Source: Hydrolagus colliei (lineage: Eukaryota). Taken from it: a stretch of 64,000 bases of DNA. The notes beneath the pieces were generated by a model. That model did no database searches, was not told where the DNA came from, and saw only the letters and a list, made by a program, of their open reading frames with translations. The stretch lies in assembly GCA_035084275.1 (NCBI GenBank), contig CM068742.1, forward strand, positions 54,312,001 through 54,376,000, in the 5' to 3' direction. Both the position numbers and the translations under genes were made by a program. Each line of letters opens with the position of its first letter. The stretch's first letter is position 1. Positions 38,427-50,107 of the stretch are shown one piece after another.

Positions 38427-39473
38427 TTGAACGGTGCCAAAAAGTTCCACCTTTAAAGAATTTATGAACATTGCGGGAGAGTGGGGTGGGAGGTGGGGTG
38501 GGGGAGGTTGGGGTGTATGAAAATGATCCATCTTCATATTTTTGGCAACAGTGTAGCTGTGCTGGTGAAGTGTAATTCTCTTACTGCTCTAGCTAATGAA
38601 GATTAGATTGTTCCCAGCAGACAATTTGATCTGAATAGACTAGCTAATCTTCATGTCCATTAATAAACGATGATGTGTGTTGTGTGAATATGAGTGGTGC
38701 ATATCGCTAATATGCTTGCGTACCGTTATGAATGCACAGTGAGCGTATTCTGACCTAACCCAGAGTGGAGCTACACGAGTAGTAAATCCCCAAGTACAAT
38801 CGAGATTGATTGCAGGAACTGTTTTGACTGTTTTTCAAGATTTAAGCCTTGGTTTCCCAGAGTATCTGACAAATATGTCAAGTGAATGAAATATTTAACG
38901 TGTCCGACAGCAGGCTGTAGGCATTTTTTATAGCCAGAGGCAGTCCGAGTGAATACTGAAGTTCTTCTGATGTGCTTTGGTGCAACATCCGTGAAGTGGC
39001 CTCCCTTGTGTTTACCATCATTAGCTGTAGACACCCATGGTTCATGTACAATGGAAGGATCTTGAAAGTGGTGCCACAGTCCAGTGCCTTTCAGGTTATA
39101 GATCAGGTAATAATTAGGGGATTATTCCCAGATATCCCACACCAGCAGGGAGTGCTTGCCTGGCACTCTATAACGTGCTGCTGGGAGTTGTTAAGACGTT
39201 TGCCTGACGGGTTCAGTGTATCTTCACAATCGTGCTGTACCCAAGTGGAGTCGAATCCAGGTTAGTGCAGCATTGCATTGTTTAAGTGCTTCCTAGTGAA
39301 GGTTACCTGAGCCAAGGATCTCTTCTATTTAGTCAAATTGACAACTAATGCCCTGTGAGAATCTTAACACAAATTTGGATTGGCTTCTTTGCTTTCCTGA
39401 ATATAAATGCAATTGCTTTCTCTTTCTCTATCCCCCCCCTCTCTCTGTCACTTCTATACTTTACTTTTTTCAG

Positions 39474-39491
39474 GAATTCACCATTTTGGCT
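39474..39491 (+). other. Candidate 18-nt phase-1 cassette exon
   Basis: AG-free, pyrimidine-rich tract 39360-39471, then cag|GAATTCACCATTTTGGCT|gtaagt. Confidence 0.3.
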
Positions 39492-40311
39492 GTAAGTACA
39501 ACTGAGATCTTTATTTCCCACCTCTGGCACCGATTTCTCTTTCCCTCCAGCTGTTTTCCCCCTATATGTTCTGAGCTTGATCCTTCACCCACCATTCCTC
39601 ACCTCTTCCCTCCGCAGTTCTCAACAAATCATTCAAGCCTCAGTAACAGTGCCCCTAACCCACCCCAGTACCATTCACGTGACCTCTCCCTGTTTTGTAA
39701 GCAGTGATACTAAGCACCAAGCTGGGGGCACTTAGAAAGAAAGAACTGCTCTTTCATTTAGGCATGTTTACTGCTTGTGTGTAGGGTATATTCTCATTAG
39801 CTGGTACACTGTTCATTGTTACTGAGTCTGAAAGGCAATGTTTTGGCTGTGAATACCAGTGCTTTAGTACCCTTGACCCCTAATGCTACATCCTCTACCT
39901 TTTAAATGCTGTGCCTTCTTTCCTCTAATACTTCCCCTCACACTTTTACCTGGCCTAGCTGATGCGGTTCTGAGACTCAGCGGGATTTTTCGTTGTGCTT
40001 GATCTAACCATGTGGTTGCAAGGTACGAATAAAACATGGTTCTGTCAAGCACCATGGAACGTCACGTAGCCTTCTACAGCAGGCTCTCATCTACAGCAAA
40101 TTCAGTAGATATATTTAGAGCGAGCCTGTCAAAGGCCACCACGACTTGGGATAGTAGTATTGCAGGTGGAAGATGTTAGAGCCAGGAACCTGTTTTATTG
40201 CATCTGTATTGAGGTCACAGCTGATTGAATTTCTCCAATAAAAAACAATGGATAAAAATGATAGATGAGGTATGGAGTGGAAAGACAGGTGAGGAGGGTG
40301 AATGCAATGAG

Positions 40312-40401
40312 TTTACCAGATGCCTTGTTATAGAAAGGAGAGGCACTGACACAAGGCTGGAAGTGTTCAGTCGCTTTGAATTCCAGTCACTGATTCAAAA
40401 G
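40312..40401 (+). repeat. ~90-nt direct repeat, copy 2
   Basis: Aligns to 38338-38426. Confidence 0.85.
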
Positions 40402-40782
40402 AATGGCTCAGGTGGGAGCAGTAAATTGAATTAGATAAGGCTTAGTAACACATGATTGCACTGGTTACGGGAGAGTGGGAAGTCTGCTAGCTTTGTAGTA
40501 GACAGTTGCATTGGAAGGTGTCTGCATTGAAAGGTCAGATTGTAAATGTTACCTCTTCTCTTCCGGACCCTGACTTTCCTTTGTCATAAAGTTCAAGATC
40601 TAGGTGCTTAGGTCTTGAAGTTTTGCTATCTGTGTGGTTTTAATTAAAGTTATCCTGAAATTCTCCTGCCCTGACATTTTGTTTAATTCCCTTGTACATT
40701 TCCACTTCTCTTATGGTGTGAATATGTTTTTTCCAACGTGCTTACTAAATAATATCTGCATTCTGACTGGACTCATCTGCAG

Positions 40783-40933
40783 GCACAGAGGATTACAGAT
40801 CCAAGCTCAGTGGAGATTGCTTCATGGATCTTGCTTGCCCTGAGAAGTGTCGTTGTGAAGGAACCACCGTGGACTGCTCCAATCAAAGACTTACTAAATT
40901 CCCTGACCACATCCCTCAGTACACCGCTGAGCT
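40783..40933 (+). CDS. SLIT2: SLIT2 exon 16 (151 nt), D3 LRRNT: [51 protein letters not shown]
   Basis: catctgcag|GC...CT|gtaagt. Confidence 0.97.
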
Positions 40934-42785
40934 GTAAGTTAACACAGCAGGGCTTGCTTCTTTACACACAAACTCATACATACAACAGACACTCTCTCTC
41001 ATCTGCATCTTGGCAACAAAACAAAGAAATTTTTAATTCATTTAGAAAACAGCTACAGGCAATATCCCAGCATCCCCTCCAGCTGAAAGAAGCAAATGTA
41101 CTCAGGGGAGAAGGGCTGTTGGATGCACATGATGACCAGCAAAGAAAGCAGGGGGAGAAACACTTAGGCTCCTGTTAGAAAGCATTGATGCCAGCAGTGT
41201 GCTGGTCCATCACTCTACAAAACTTGATTCAGACAATAACAAGCTTATCACATTTAACTGAGTAGGTTTTCTTTCTGTTTGGTCGCTTTGGAGGTGAACC
41301 TTGAACCTACAAGTTATAAAAGATTAATGAAGCAATGGCTAAGTATAAGCACTATCTACACTAGTCATACTTGTAGTCCTGATAAATGGCAGTCAAATGT
41401 AACCGTGTCATTATGAACTGATATACCAAGCGAGGGTGAGACAATTTTTAAATGAGGCAGTAGTGGAGGTTGATGCATATGAGGGAGAAAGTCAGTCTAG
41501 ATTTATGCTATTTCTGTAACTATTTAGAGTATCCCCAATTTGGCAAATGTTTAAATACAATGCAGTCCTGTTACAGTGTGCTTCTCTATAGTGTGACTGT
41601 GCTTATACCTCAGGTGCATTGGGGATCTCATGCATTGTGCATGAGCACACCTACAGTCCCCTCATTTCCTATAGATCTGCCAGATTTTCACACTAAAATG
41701 GCCAGCTTCCAGTTCATTAGGATGATTTCTCAGTCACTTCTTGCTTTCTTGCAAGTGCACAAAATAGGCAGTGACATACCACCTATTGATTCTGGTGTCA
41801 ACCGTTTTAGCTTTCCAAAAGCACTCGCAAAAAATGTACAACTTCCAGGTCTTCAGAATCACCATTAACACTACTTTTCATTTTGTCCATATACACAAAA
41901 AACAGGAAATGATATTGCAATGATTAGCCAGCCTGGAAGTTGGCTGTTTGTTTCTTTTCAACGCTTTCTCTACATGCCGATCGATTGTGCACATGAATAG
42001 TCAAACCGACTATCACACCACACTAGAATGCAGGAGATGATGTTATAGATCCAAACAACATGTTTTAGCAAGGCTGCAGAATACAGCTTTAATTTTGTAG
42101 CGGTTTTCTGTAAGTTTTTTTGAAGAAAATACAGAAAACCAAATGAAAGATAAGATTGAAATTAACCATTTGCCTAATTTAGCTCACTCTGAAATCTGTA
42201 AAGACGTAGGGTAAACAGTCGTATCTTTCAGAGTAAAGGTATTAGTTCTGTATATCAGAAGGATTCAGTCCCACATTTCCATGTAGAGATAATGTGATAA
42301 AACTCACTCCCTTAAACCACAGTGTGATGAACCAATCCTTGTTCACAAAGTTGATTGTTTAACTTTCTGCATTTACCAGTAACGTTAAACAGTTTGGTTT
42401 TGAAAGCACAAGATGTGTGACCCTTCAGTTAACATTCAATCAACATGATTGAGTCCTGTGTTCGTAAGTGTAGGTTGTGTAATGTAGAAATGCACTCAAT
42501 GATGATACAAACCTACCGGCAGTAAGCTTGCATCTGGTTTAGAATGATCTTCCATTTGTAATAAAACTGAGTGGGTTTAGAATTATTGTAAGTGTCACTC
42601 TAGCAGTACAGCATTATCTGAGAATAATTTGAAGTGATTTTTTTTGGATGAACTTCATTAAAGCTACCGCAAGAAAGGCTATGCCAGCTGCAGGAGAACT
42701 GAGTGGTTTCCTGAGTGAGTAAAAACACTATTTTCCTATGAATGAATGACGTTTCCTAATTTATTTTTTCCTTTGAATACTTTAG

Positions 42786-42860
42786 GCGTCTCAACAACAA
42801 TGAATTTACAGTGCTGGAAGCCACTGGGATCTTCAAGAAACTCCCTCAGCTCCGCAAAAT
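42786..42860 (+). CDS. SLIT2: SLIT2 exon 17 (75 nt): [25 protein letters not shown]
   Basis: tactttag|G...AT|gtgagt. Confidence 0.97.
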
Positions 42861-44109
42861 GTGAGTACAACTTGAGCTTCGAGGTGCGATTTTCTCTGAG
42901 CCCACAGCAACCCCTGCATGTCATGCACCTCTGTTAGCCAGACTGTCTTAAAGACATTATTTGAGGCCGTGCACAATTAAGCAAGTGACCTGTAATGTGC
43001 CTTTGGCACAGCTGCTGAAGCAGAGTGGAGTTGGCAGCTTGTCCCTCTGTGGACTTAACTGTTGCCAAATAAGCAGCTCTTGGCAGGTGGATCACTGGCA
43101 TCTCCCACTCTTCCATTTGGACAGTTGGCTTCTTCTGCTGCCACAGCAGGGCCCTGCTGGCCACTACAACCCTACAGCAATTGCTGTAATCTCATTTAGC
43201 GTTCTGCAGTCCTCCTCAAACTACAGCCTTCGGCTTCCTCCAGAACGGCATCAACACATGCCTCGGGTTTCTTTAAATGACGATGCTTTCATTGAGAGAA
43301 ATGGTAAAGAGAATTCACTTGATAATTGCTGTTACCACCTGTCTGACATTTAAATCCCAGTAACATCTCAGGAGGCTGCGCTATAAAAGTGTAAGGGCTT
43401 GAAAGTCAAAGTTCACTTGCTCAATGAGCCAATAAAAGCAGGTCATGGGGTGAGGGAAACATCTTCACAGCTCTTTCCCTGCTCTGTACCCACAAGAACA
43501 AGCCCACAGACTCTAATTAGGAAATTAAGCAGTGTAGACTAGGTGCCAGCACAGCACAAGGAACAAGAATTAAATGTAAATGTTGTCTGACAATAACAGT
43601 GGCATTTAACCAAATGTTGTTATACACGGCCTGTAAATCAATGTAAGCACTGTCCACATATCAATAGTACTGATTGACTCTGTTTGTGATGCAGTGGCAT
43701 GCTACATTAGTTAGTTGTTTCACTGAGGTTCGGTATTTAACCGGAAAATCACTAATTCACTGCTCTTTTCAGACACGTTCCTCCCTCCCAACATTCAGGT
43801 TCCCTCTTCACAGCGTGGGCTACGTGCCCTTTTGTAATATGGTATTGTAGACAACTTGTCTCTTTATTGCAAATGCTACTCCACACTGCTGGTCATTTTT
43901 CATGCAATGAGCCTGGATAGTGAGGGGTAGTGTATGTTGATGGGGACTTCAGACTTGAGCTAACCCTGCTCTCACCTAGCATCCTCAGGACTGGACAGCT
44001 GGTAGTTATCTTTCTTCTATCCCTCCCATCCCAAGGATATTGATGCCACATGCTAACAGCAGTCCCACATGCTTTATTAGATTTCAGCCTGATTTGGTAC
44101 TCGGGGATT

Positions 44110-45330
44110 ATAGTATAGGCTGACATTCCAATGTAGTGCTGTGGCATCATTGTACAGCTGTAGATGCCCTTCCTTCACATGGGACACCAAACCGCGGTCC
44201 TGTTCAGGTGGGTGTTCAAGATTCTGAGGCACCATTTGAAAAGAGAAGGGAGTTTTTCCTGGTGTCCTAACCAATAATTTTCCCAACAAAAATCAGTTAT
44301 TCACTTAATGGCTGATTGTGGGTTATTGCTGTGCATAAATTGCCTGCCAAGTTTGCATATGAATACACTTTACAGTCACTACACTTTACAGTAAAGCCTG
44401 CGAATCACTTTGAGATGTGTCATAGATGTGATAAATCTCTGCAGCAAATGCAAGGTTTATTATTATTATAATAACTGCTTTATTAGGCTCATCAATACAC
44501 TATTAGTGCATTTACACATTGAGCCATGCAAGCGGGTATACACTTTATATTGTATTATGAACCAATTGCAGCATTCTCTGCTGTGAGTATATCAGAGCAA
44601 AATGTATTTCCCCTGAATTAGCCATTGATGTGACCAAACAAGGCTTATGATCGTGCTTCAATCGCCAAAATCTTCAATAAGTGATTAACTTGATTAACTA
44701 CCTAATTATAATCTCTCAAAAAAATCACAATAATAAAATTGGTCATTTGAATCCACGACTGTTTGTGGGGACACTGCTGTGCGCAATTGGCTGCCCTGAT
44801 TCGCCACAAATATATACAGTCAATTCACTTTACAGTATATTCTGTGAAGCGCTTTGGGACATCGATAAAATGTGAAAAGCGCTATATCAAATGCAAGGAT
44901 TATTATTATTATAACTTTAAATCCAATAATAAGAATAACCCTTGCATTTAATATAGTGGTTTATCACATCTTCAAATCGACTAACAACCAGTTTCCTTCT
45001 TACTGTCTTAATGTTAGGTAAACACAGAGGTGCGGAGTAAAAAAACTTGCTCAACATTTCACCCTGCACAGCTTCTCACTTGCGAGATGAGTGTTCTAAC
45101 CACTAAACTATGGGACTCCACTGCAAAAATTACTATAATTCAATCACTTAAATTGGTCCTTCACGTTATAGCTGTTGTGGGACATTGCTGTACGCAAACT
45201 GATGTGTTTGTCTACAAATACAGTCGCTAAACAAGTTGCAAATCCTGTGAAGATTTTTGAAATGTCTTCACAGTATGAAAGGCACTATATCCAATACAGG
45301 GATTCATCATTGTTATTATTAATAATAATA
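44110..45330. mobile_element. Cluster of 4 or more SINE fragments in both orientations, including a young + copy at 44730-44912
   Basis: Repeated Deu core and aaatgcaagg(att)n tails at ~44450, 44890, 44940 (-) and 45290; tRNA head (-) at ~45090-45120. Confidence 0.8.
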
Positions 45331-45680
45331 ATACCCAGACAACACTGAATAAACATTACTCCTGGCTCTAGGGAGGAAGGTTAAACATGTTGTAGATGGA
45401 TGGGTGTGGGGGTGGAGAGGGGAGAGAACTGCATCGCTGTAAATGTTATTTATTGTGTTATATGATTGTCTTTAGTGCACTTTAATTAGACCTTCTAAAA
45501 TCCTTACATTGCATTCTGCTGACACTTCTAACCTTAGACTGCTTGTTCTACATCTGCACATTAAGCAACACTCACATGTGGGAAGTTGACATAATTCAGG
45601 CCTGATTTTGTAAGTGTGCTTTCAATTACAGGTAATAATTCTCTGATTTTTTTTTCCTCTACTCCCTTGTTCCATTTTAG

Positions 45681-45824
45681 AAATTTAAGCAATAACAAGA
45701 TCACAGACATCGAGGAGGGGGTTTTTGAGGGAGCTACAGGTGTCAATGAAGTACTGTTGACCGGCAACCGTCTGGAAACTGTGCATCTCAAAATGTTCAA
45801 AGGATTGGATAGTCTTAAAACTCT
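45681..45824 (+). CDS. SLIT2: SLIT2 exon 18 (144 nt): NLSNNKITDIEEGVFEGATGVNEVLLTGNRLETVHLKMFKGLDSLKTL
   Basis: cattttag|A...CT|gtgagt; overlaps ORF 45616..45828. Confidence 0.97.
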
Positions 45825-46079
45825 GTGAGTCAAAACAGTAAACTGTGTCTCTAATTTTCCATTTAGTAAAGGACTGTTGGCCAGAACAAATGTTCTTTTT
45901 GAGCTAATTATGGAATTTTCCATTACCTGTGGAGCTCTCTCCAGAGATTTATTTTTAGACTATTGAGTTGCCTGATGCCATGAGAAGGTTTTCGGTCTGG
46001 ATTATTGCCATTAACCCCCATGTACGATCTTTTTCTACGATTGTTTATATTATTTGCGTTAAGTTTGAATATTTCAAGA

Positions 46080-46480
46080 GAATTTCTTAAAGTGCTTCAC
46101 ACAGATGTATGGGAGCTGAGCTGAGAGGAGAGGGGAGGTGGCAGAAAGCATGGAGGAAAAGATAGGTCCTAAAGCGGGTTTTGAATGTGGGGAGAGAGCG
46201 AGTCACCAATGTTTGAGATGTGAAGCAGCCTTGTGTTCGCTAAGCAAAGGGAGCAGATGGGGAAGAAGATTTACAAGAAGTCACAGAGCTAGGGTGGGGC
46301 GAGGCCACAGAGGGATTTGAACTGAGGGGATCAGGATCTTGAATTAGTTGCATTGGGGAATTGGTAGCTATTCAAGCTGAGCAAGGATGGGAGTGTTGGG
46401 CTTATGGAGTGTGGTGTGGAAGAGGCTACAGAGGTCTGAATGGTCTACAGCTTGTGTAGGGAAAAGTTGCAGAGCCAGCG
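46080..46480 (-). mobile_element. Degenerate L2-type fragment
   Basis: aggatcttgaatt...ttggggaattggtagcta is the reverse of the HWLP..RI.FKIL motif region. Confidence 0.55.
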
Positions 46481-48622
46481 AGCAGTGAGAGGAATTTAGC
46501 AAGTAATTTATGTTGATGATGATGGTGCATCTTTGAAATGAAAGACCTTAATACTGTAAACTCATGGTGGAGTTCGAAATGGAGCATGCAGTTTGTGGCT
46601 GGCTGATTGAGAGTTCAGTGGGATGTTGGCTTAGACCAATCTGTACCAACAGTGATTCTGTGCATGACCTGTGGGCGGCCATAGAATTCAAAGAAGCAGT
46701 GTTGAGATCTTTGAGATGGCCTCCTAACATAGACATTATTTGAATGTAAATTGTATTATATGCCATTGCAAATCTTCATCCTGAATCCATTTACACTCAA
46801 TAACATCTTCACACACATAATATTCACTCCTAAACTACTTGCTGCAAGTTCTCATGGGGATGAAATGAGCAAAATAATCAACTCTTCGAAAATAGTAAGC
46901 ATTGCTAATGTCTCCCTCCATTCACATTGTTATTAAAATCCATCTCCCATACATTTGGTGGATGGAATGGAATTCTGTTACATACAACACATGCATAGAA
47001 TAAATTGTATATAGCACTGTAGAAATTGGACATTGCATAGAAATTGCCTACAATTTGTCTTGAGTGGTAAGACATCATCAAAATCCCATTCAACTCACAT
47101 TAAACAGCTTTTCATGTGTTGGCCTACACACTTCACAGTTTGATCTAAGCCAATGTTGCCTAGAAAAGACATATTCCTGTAAATACACTGACATGTAGCA
47201 GGTTCTTTAATAAACCTGATTTGTTTTCTAACAGCCTCGAAACGCCGCTTTGTTTGAAACACAAGAAAAAGAGGGGAATCAGAATTGGTCTTAATGACTA
47301 GGTTAGGAAAGGAAACATCTGCTATGCACTGCTTACCAACCCCTCCTCCCCCACTAGAGAATCCATATGCATAGGCGAAGATAGGTTAAAGCTCTTCTGG
47401 GTTCTCCCCCCCCTCACAGTTATTCTGCCTCCAAACAGTCACAAACTTGGATCACCAGTGGAAACTTGGGCAGGTTCATGCAGTGATTGGCAGCTGTGGA
47501 ATCACCGAGAGCGGAAAGGAAGGGAGAAAAATGCCGCACAACAATAGGAAACACAAAAATACAAATTAAACAATCATGCCTTCCCACAGCAATGCTGAAA
47601 TTTTGTAACACTGAAGAAAGATTTGTTCCATTTGAAGCCACTGACTGGTTGCTAGGAGTCTTTCAATTTTGCTGAGCTGAGCATGTTTCTTCAAATACAA
47701 AATCTGCAAAATTGTTATCATTGGCTTTACAAATGTCACCATCATTAATCTATCAATATTCCTGCATCCAGTGCAATTTCAAGATATAAAACTAAAGGTC
47801 AGAGTATTCAGCGAAACCTTTCAGTTGTGTGTGCTGATAAAGTGGTGGATTTGCAATGTGTCTGGCTGGATATTTGGGCTATTATAACAGCTGGACTACA
47901 GGAAGGAGTTGGCATTAAGGAATTTGGTTCCCCTGGTGTGAAATGTAAATATTTCCATATACCAGCATCATCTGTTTTATCTTTTATATAACTAGAGGCT
48001 GGCTGCTTCAGAAGCACAAGCAGGTTGTGGTTGTAAGTGCTTTAGGATTGGAGCTGAACCCCAGAGCAAACGGTGCTTCTTATTGTATAGATAGCATCAT
48101 AAAGAGTGTGTTTGCATAGCCTAACACAGGAGTCTCCTGCTGCCAAGGCAGCTCTTTGGCTATGTCTGGTGTCCATTGCTCCTATTCATTTCAGTGACAA
48201 GTGTAAAGCTTCTGTTTCTTTCAGTAAAGTAGCTTAATTTATTTTTTTGGGAATTCCAGAGCATAAATCAGTCTTAATTTTGATAACGATTTTGTGTATG
48301 ATTGAAAAAAAAACTTCCAACAGTTGGCCAAATTCTCTTCAGGCGAGGATAATAGAGTAAATCTTGACTCTGGTGGAATTTCGCCCCATATATTTCTAAA
48401 TGTGATTCTATGTTTTATAAGCAGTTTGATAATTTCAAGTCTGGAATGAGTACACTTATAATTTTAGCATTTTACATACATGCTTTATGACAAACCACAC
48501 TTTTTTGACTGAAGTAGATATATTTCCATCTCTTTAACAGAGTTATTTTCCGCAGGACTGAAATAAGCCTGTGTAGTTGCCTCCGGCTGCATTGTAACAC
48601 TTGTTCTTTCTCTATCCTGCAG

Positions 48623-48766
48623 GATGCTGAGGAGCAATAAGATTAGCTGTGTGAGCAATGACACATTCACAGGGCTCAGTTCTGTCCGCCTGCTCTCGCT
48701 CTATGACAATCAGATCACAACCGTCTCTCCAGGAGCCTTTGACACACTTCATTCACTGTCCACATT
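48623..48766 (+). CDS. SLIT2: SLIT2 exon 19 (144 nt): [48 protein letters not shown]
   Basis: tcctgcag|G...TT|gtaagt. Confidence 0.97.
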
Positions 48767-49940
48767 GTAAGTTGTGGTGAGAAACCTGAGATGGGGTGGG
48801 GATGGAGAGGGGGAAGAGTGGTGTTATTATAATGCAACTTCATTTTCGGAAAAATTATGACTTGGATGACTTCTTTAGACGTGGACCAAAAAACATTTTA
48901 ACGTGTAATTTAATTTTGCATAATCGAACAAACATTCTCAATGGACCTTCACGTCAATGGATTTTCTGGCAGAGAGTTGATTATTTATTGAAGGCACCAG
49001 GATCTCCAGTTAGAAATTCATTTTTTGCCACTGACAAGTAATCAGTATGGCTGTCAGCTCCGATGGAGAACCTATTCACTTGTGCAAATAAGGAATGGAA
49101 GTCTGGAAATGACATGTTAATGAAATAGCCCCTTGTCAACTCAAAATCCAATCTGAGAGTCATCTTCGGATTGAATTACCATTTTATTATTTCAGCTCAG
49201 TTTGACAATGGAGCTGGAGCTTGTCAACAATTTGAATTACATCCAAGTGAGCTGTAACCAATAACGCATTGTATTCTGGATTGGACTCTTTCAAATCGTA
49301 AAGACGTCAATGTACCAACTTTTATGTTTTTTCATACAAATTTTTTTTGTGTGTGGAGGAATGTTAGTGCTCTGCAATAGAACACATTATAGTGACCCAG
49401 TTACAGCACCAAACACTCCAAGCACAGAGTGAAGTTCTCTTTATTGTGTCCAGAGAGTGGGGTTAATCTGCTCTTCGTATGTTAAATTAAGTAAATTAAG
49501 TGATGTGTGCTGAGTTCTATCCTACTTTGGTTGCTAGGCTTTGTGAAAAAATCCCTGTGCCTTTATATGAATAGCTTTACTGCAATATATTATAAATAAT
49601 TTACTACATAGTACTTCGAGGAGGATTTGTTGCACCTATATACAGTAGTTTGCAGCATAAATTAGATTTTAAACATTGGCATGAGATCCTTCAGAATATG
49701 CATTCTGCGATAATGATTTGTATTGATCAGAAAAGAATAATAATCTTTTTCTTTATGTCCTTTTCAGTAGGGTTTCCAACCCTAAACATTTACTGGAAAA
49801 GTGCTGCTAGTAACAATTTGCATATGTTAAATCCCCAAACTCTCTTTGTGTTGGATGTTGCTCTCTGATGAGCTACGATCAATTTTAACTCACTTGTTAA
49901 GATCACTGATCCCATTCTTGTCCCTTTTGGTTCTCTTCAG

Positions 49941-50107
49941 GAATCTGCTATCTAATCCCTTTAACTGCAATTGCCACCTGGCCTGGCTGGGCGAGTGGCT
50001 CAGAAAGAAACGCATTGTGACCGGGAATCCTCGCTGCCAGAAACCCTATTTTCTGAAAGAGATTCCTATACAGGACGTAGCAATCCAGGACTTTACCTGC
50101 GACGATG
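49941..50107 (+). CDS. SLIT2: SLIT2 exon 20 (167 nt), D3 LRRCT: [55 protein letters not shown]
   Basis: ctcttcag|G...GATG|gtaagc; overlaps ORF 49846..50250. Confidence 0.97.

Noticed and set aside
38481-38513. G-rich tracts with G-quadruplex potential (also ~5030, ~18124, ~31523) and poly-C runs (23190, 62549)
   Set aside because: Common low-complexity tracts with no other supporting context.
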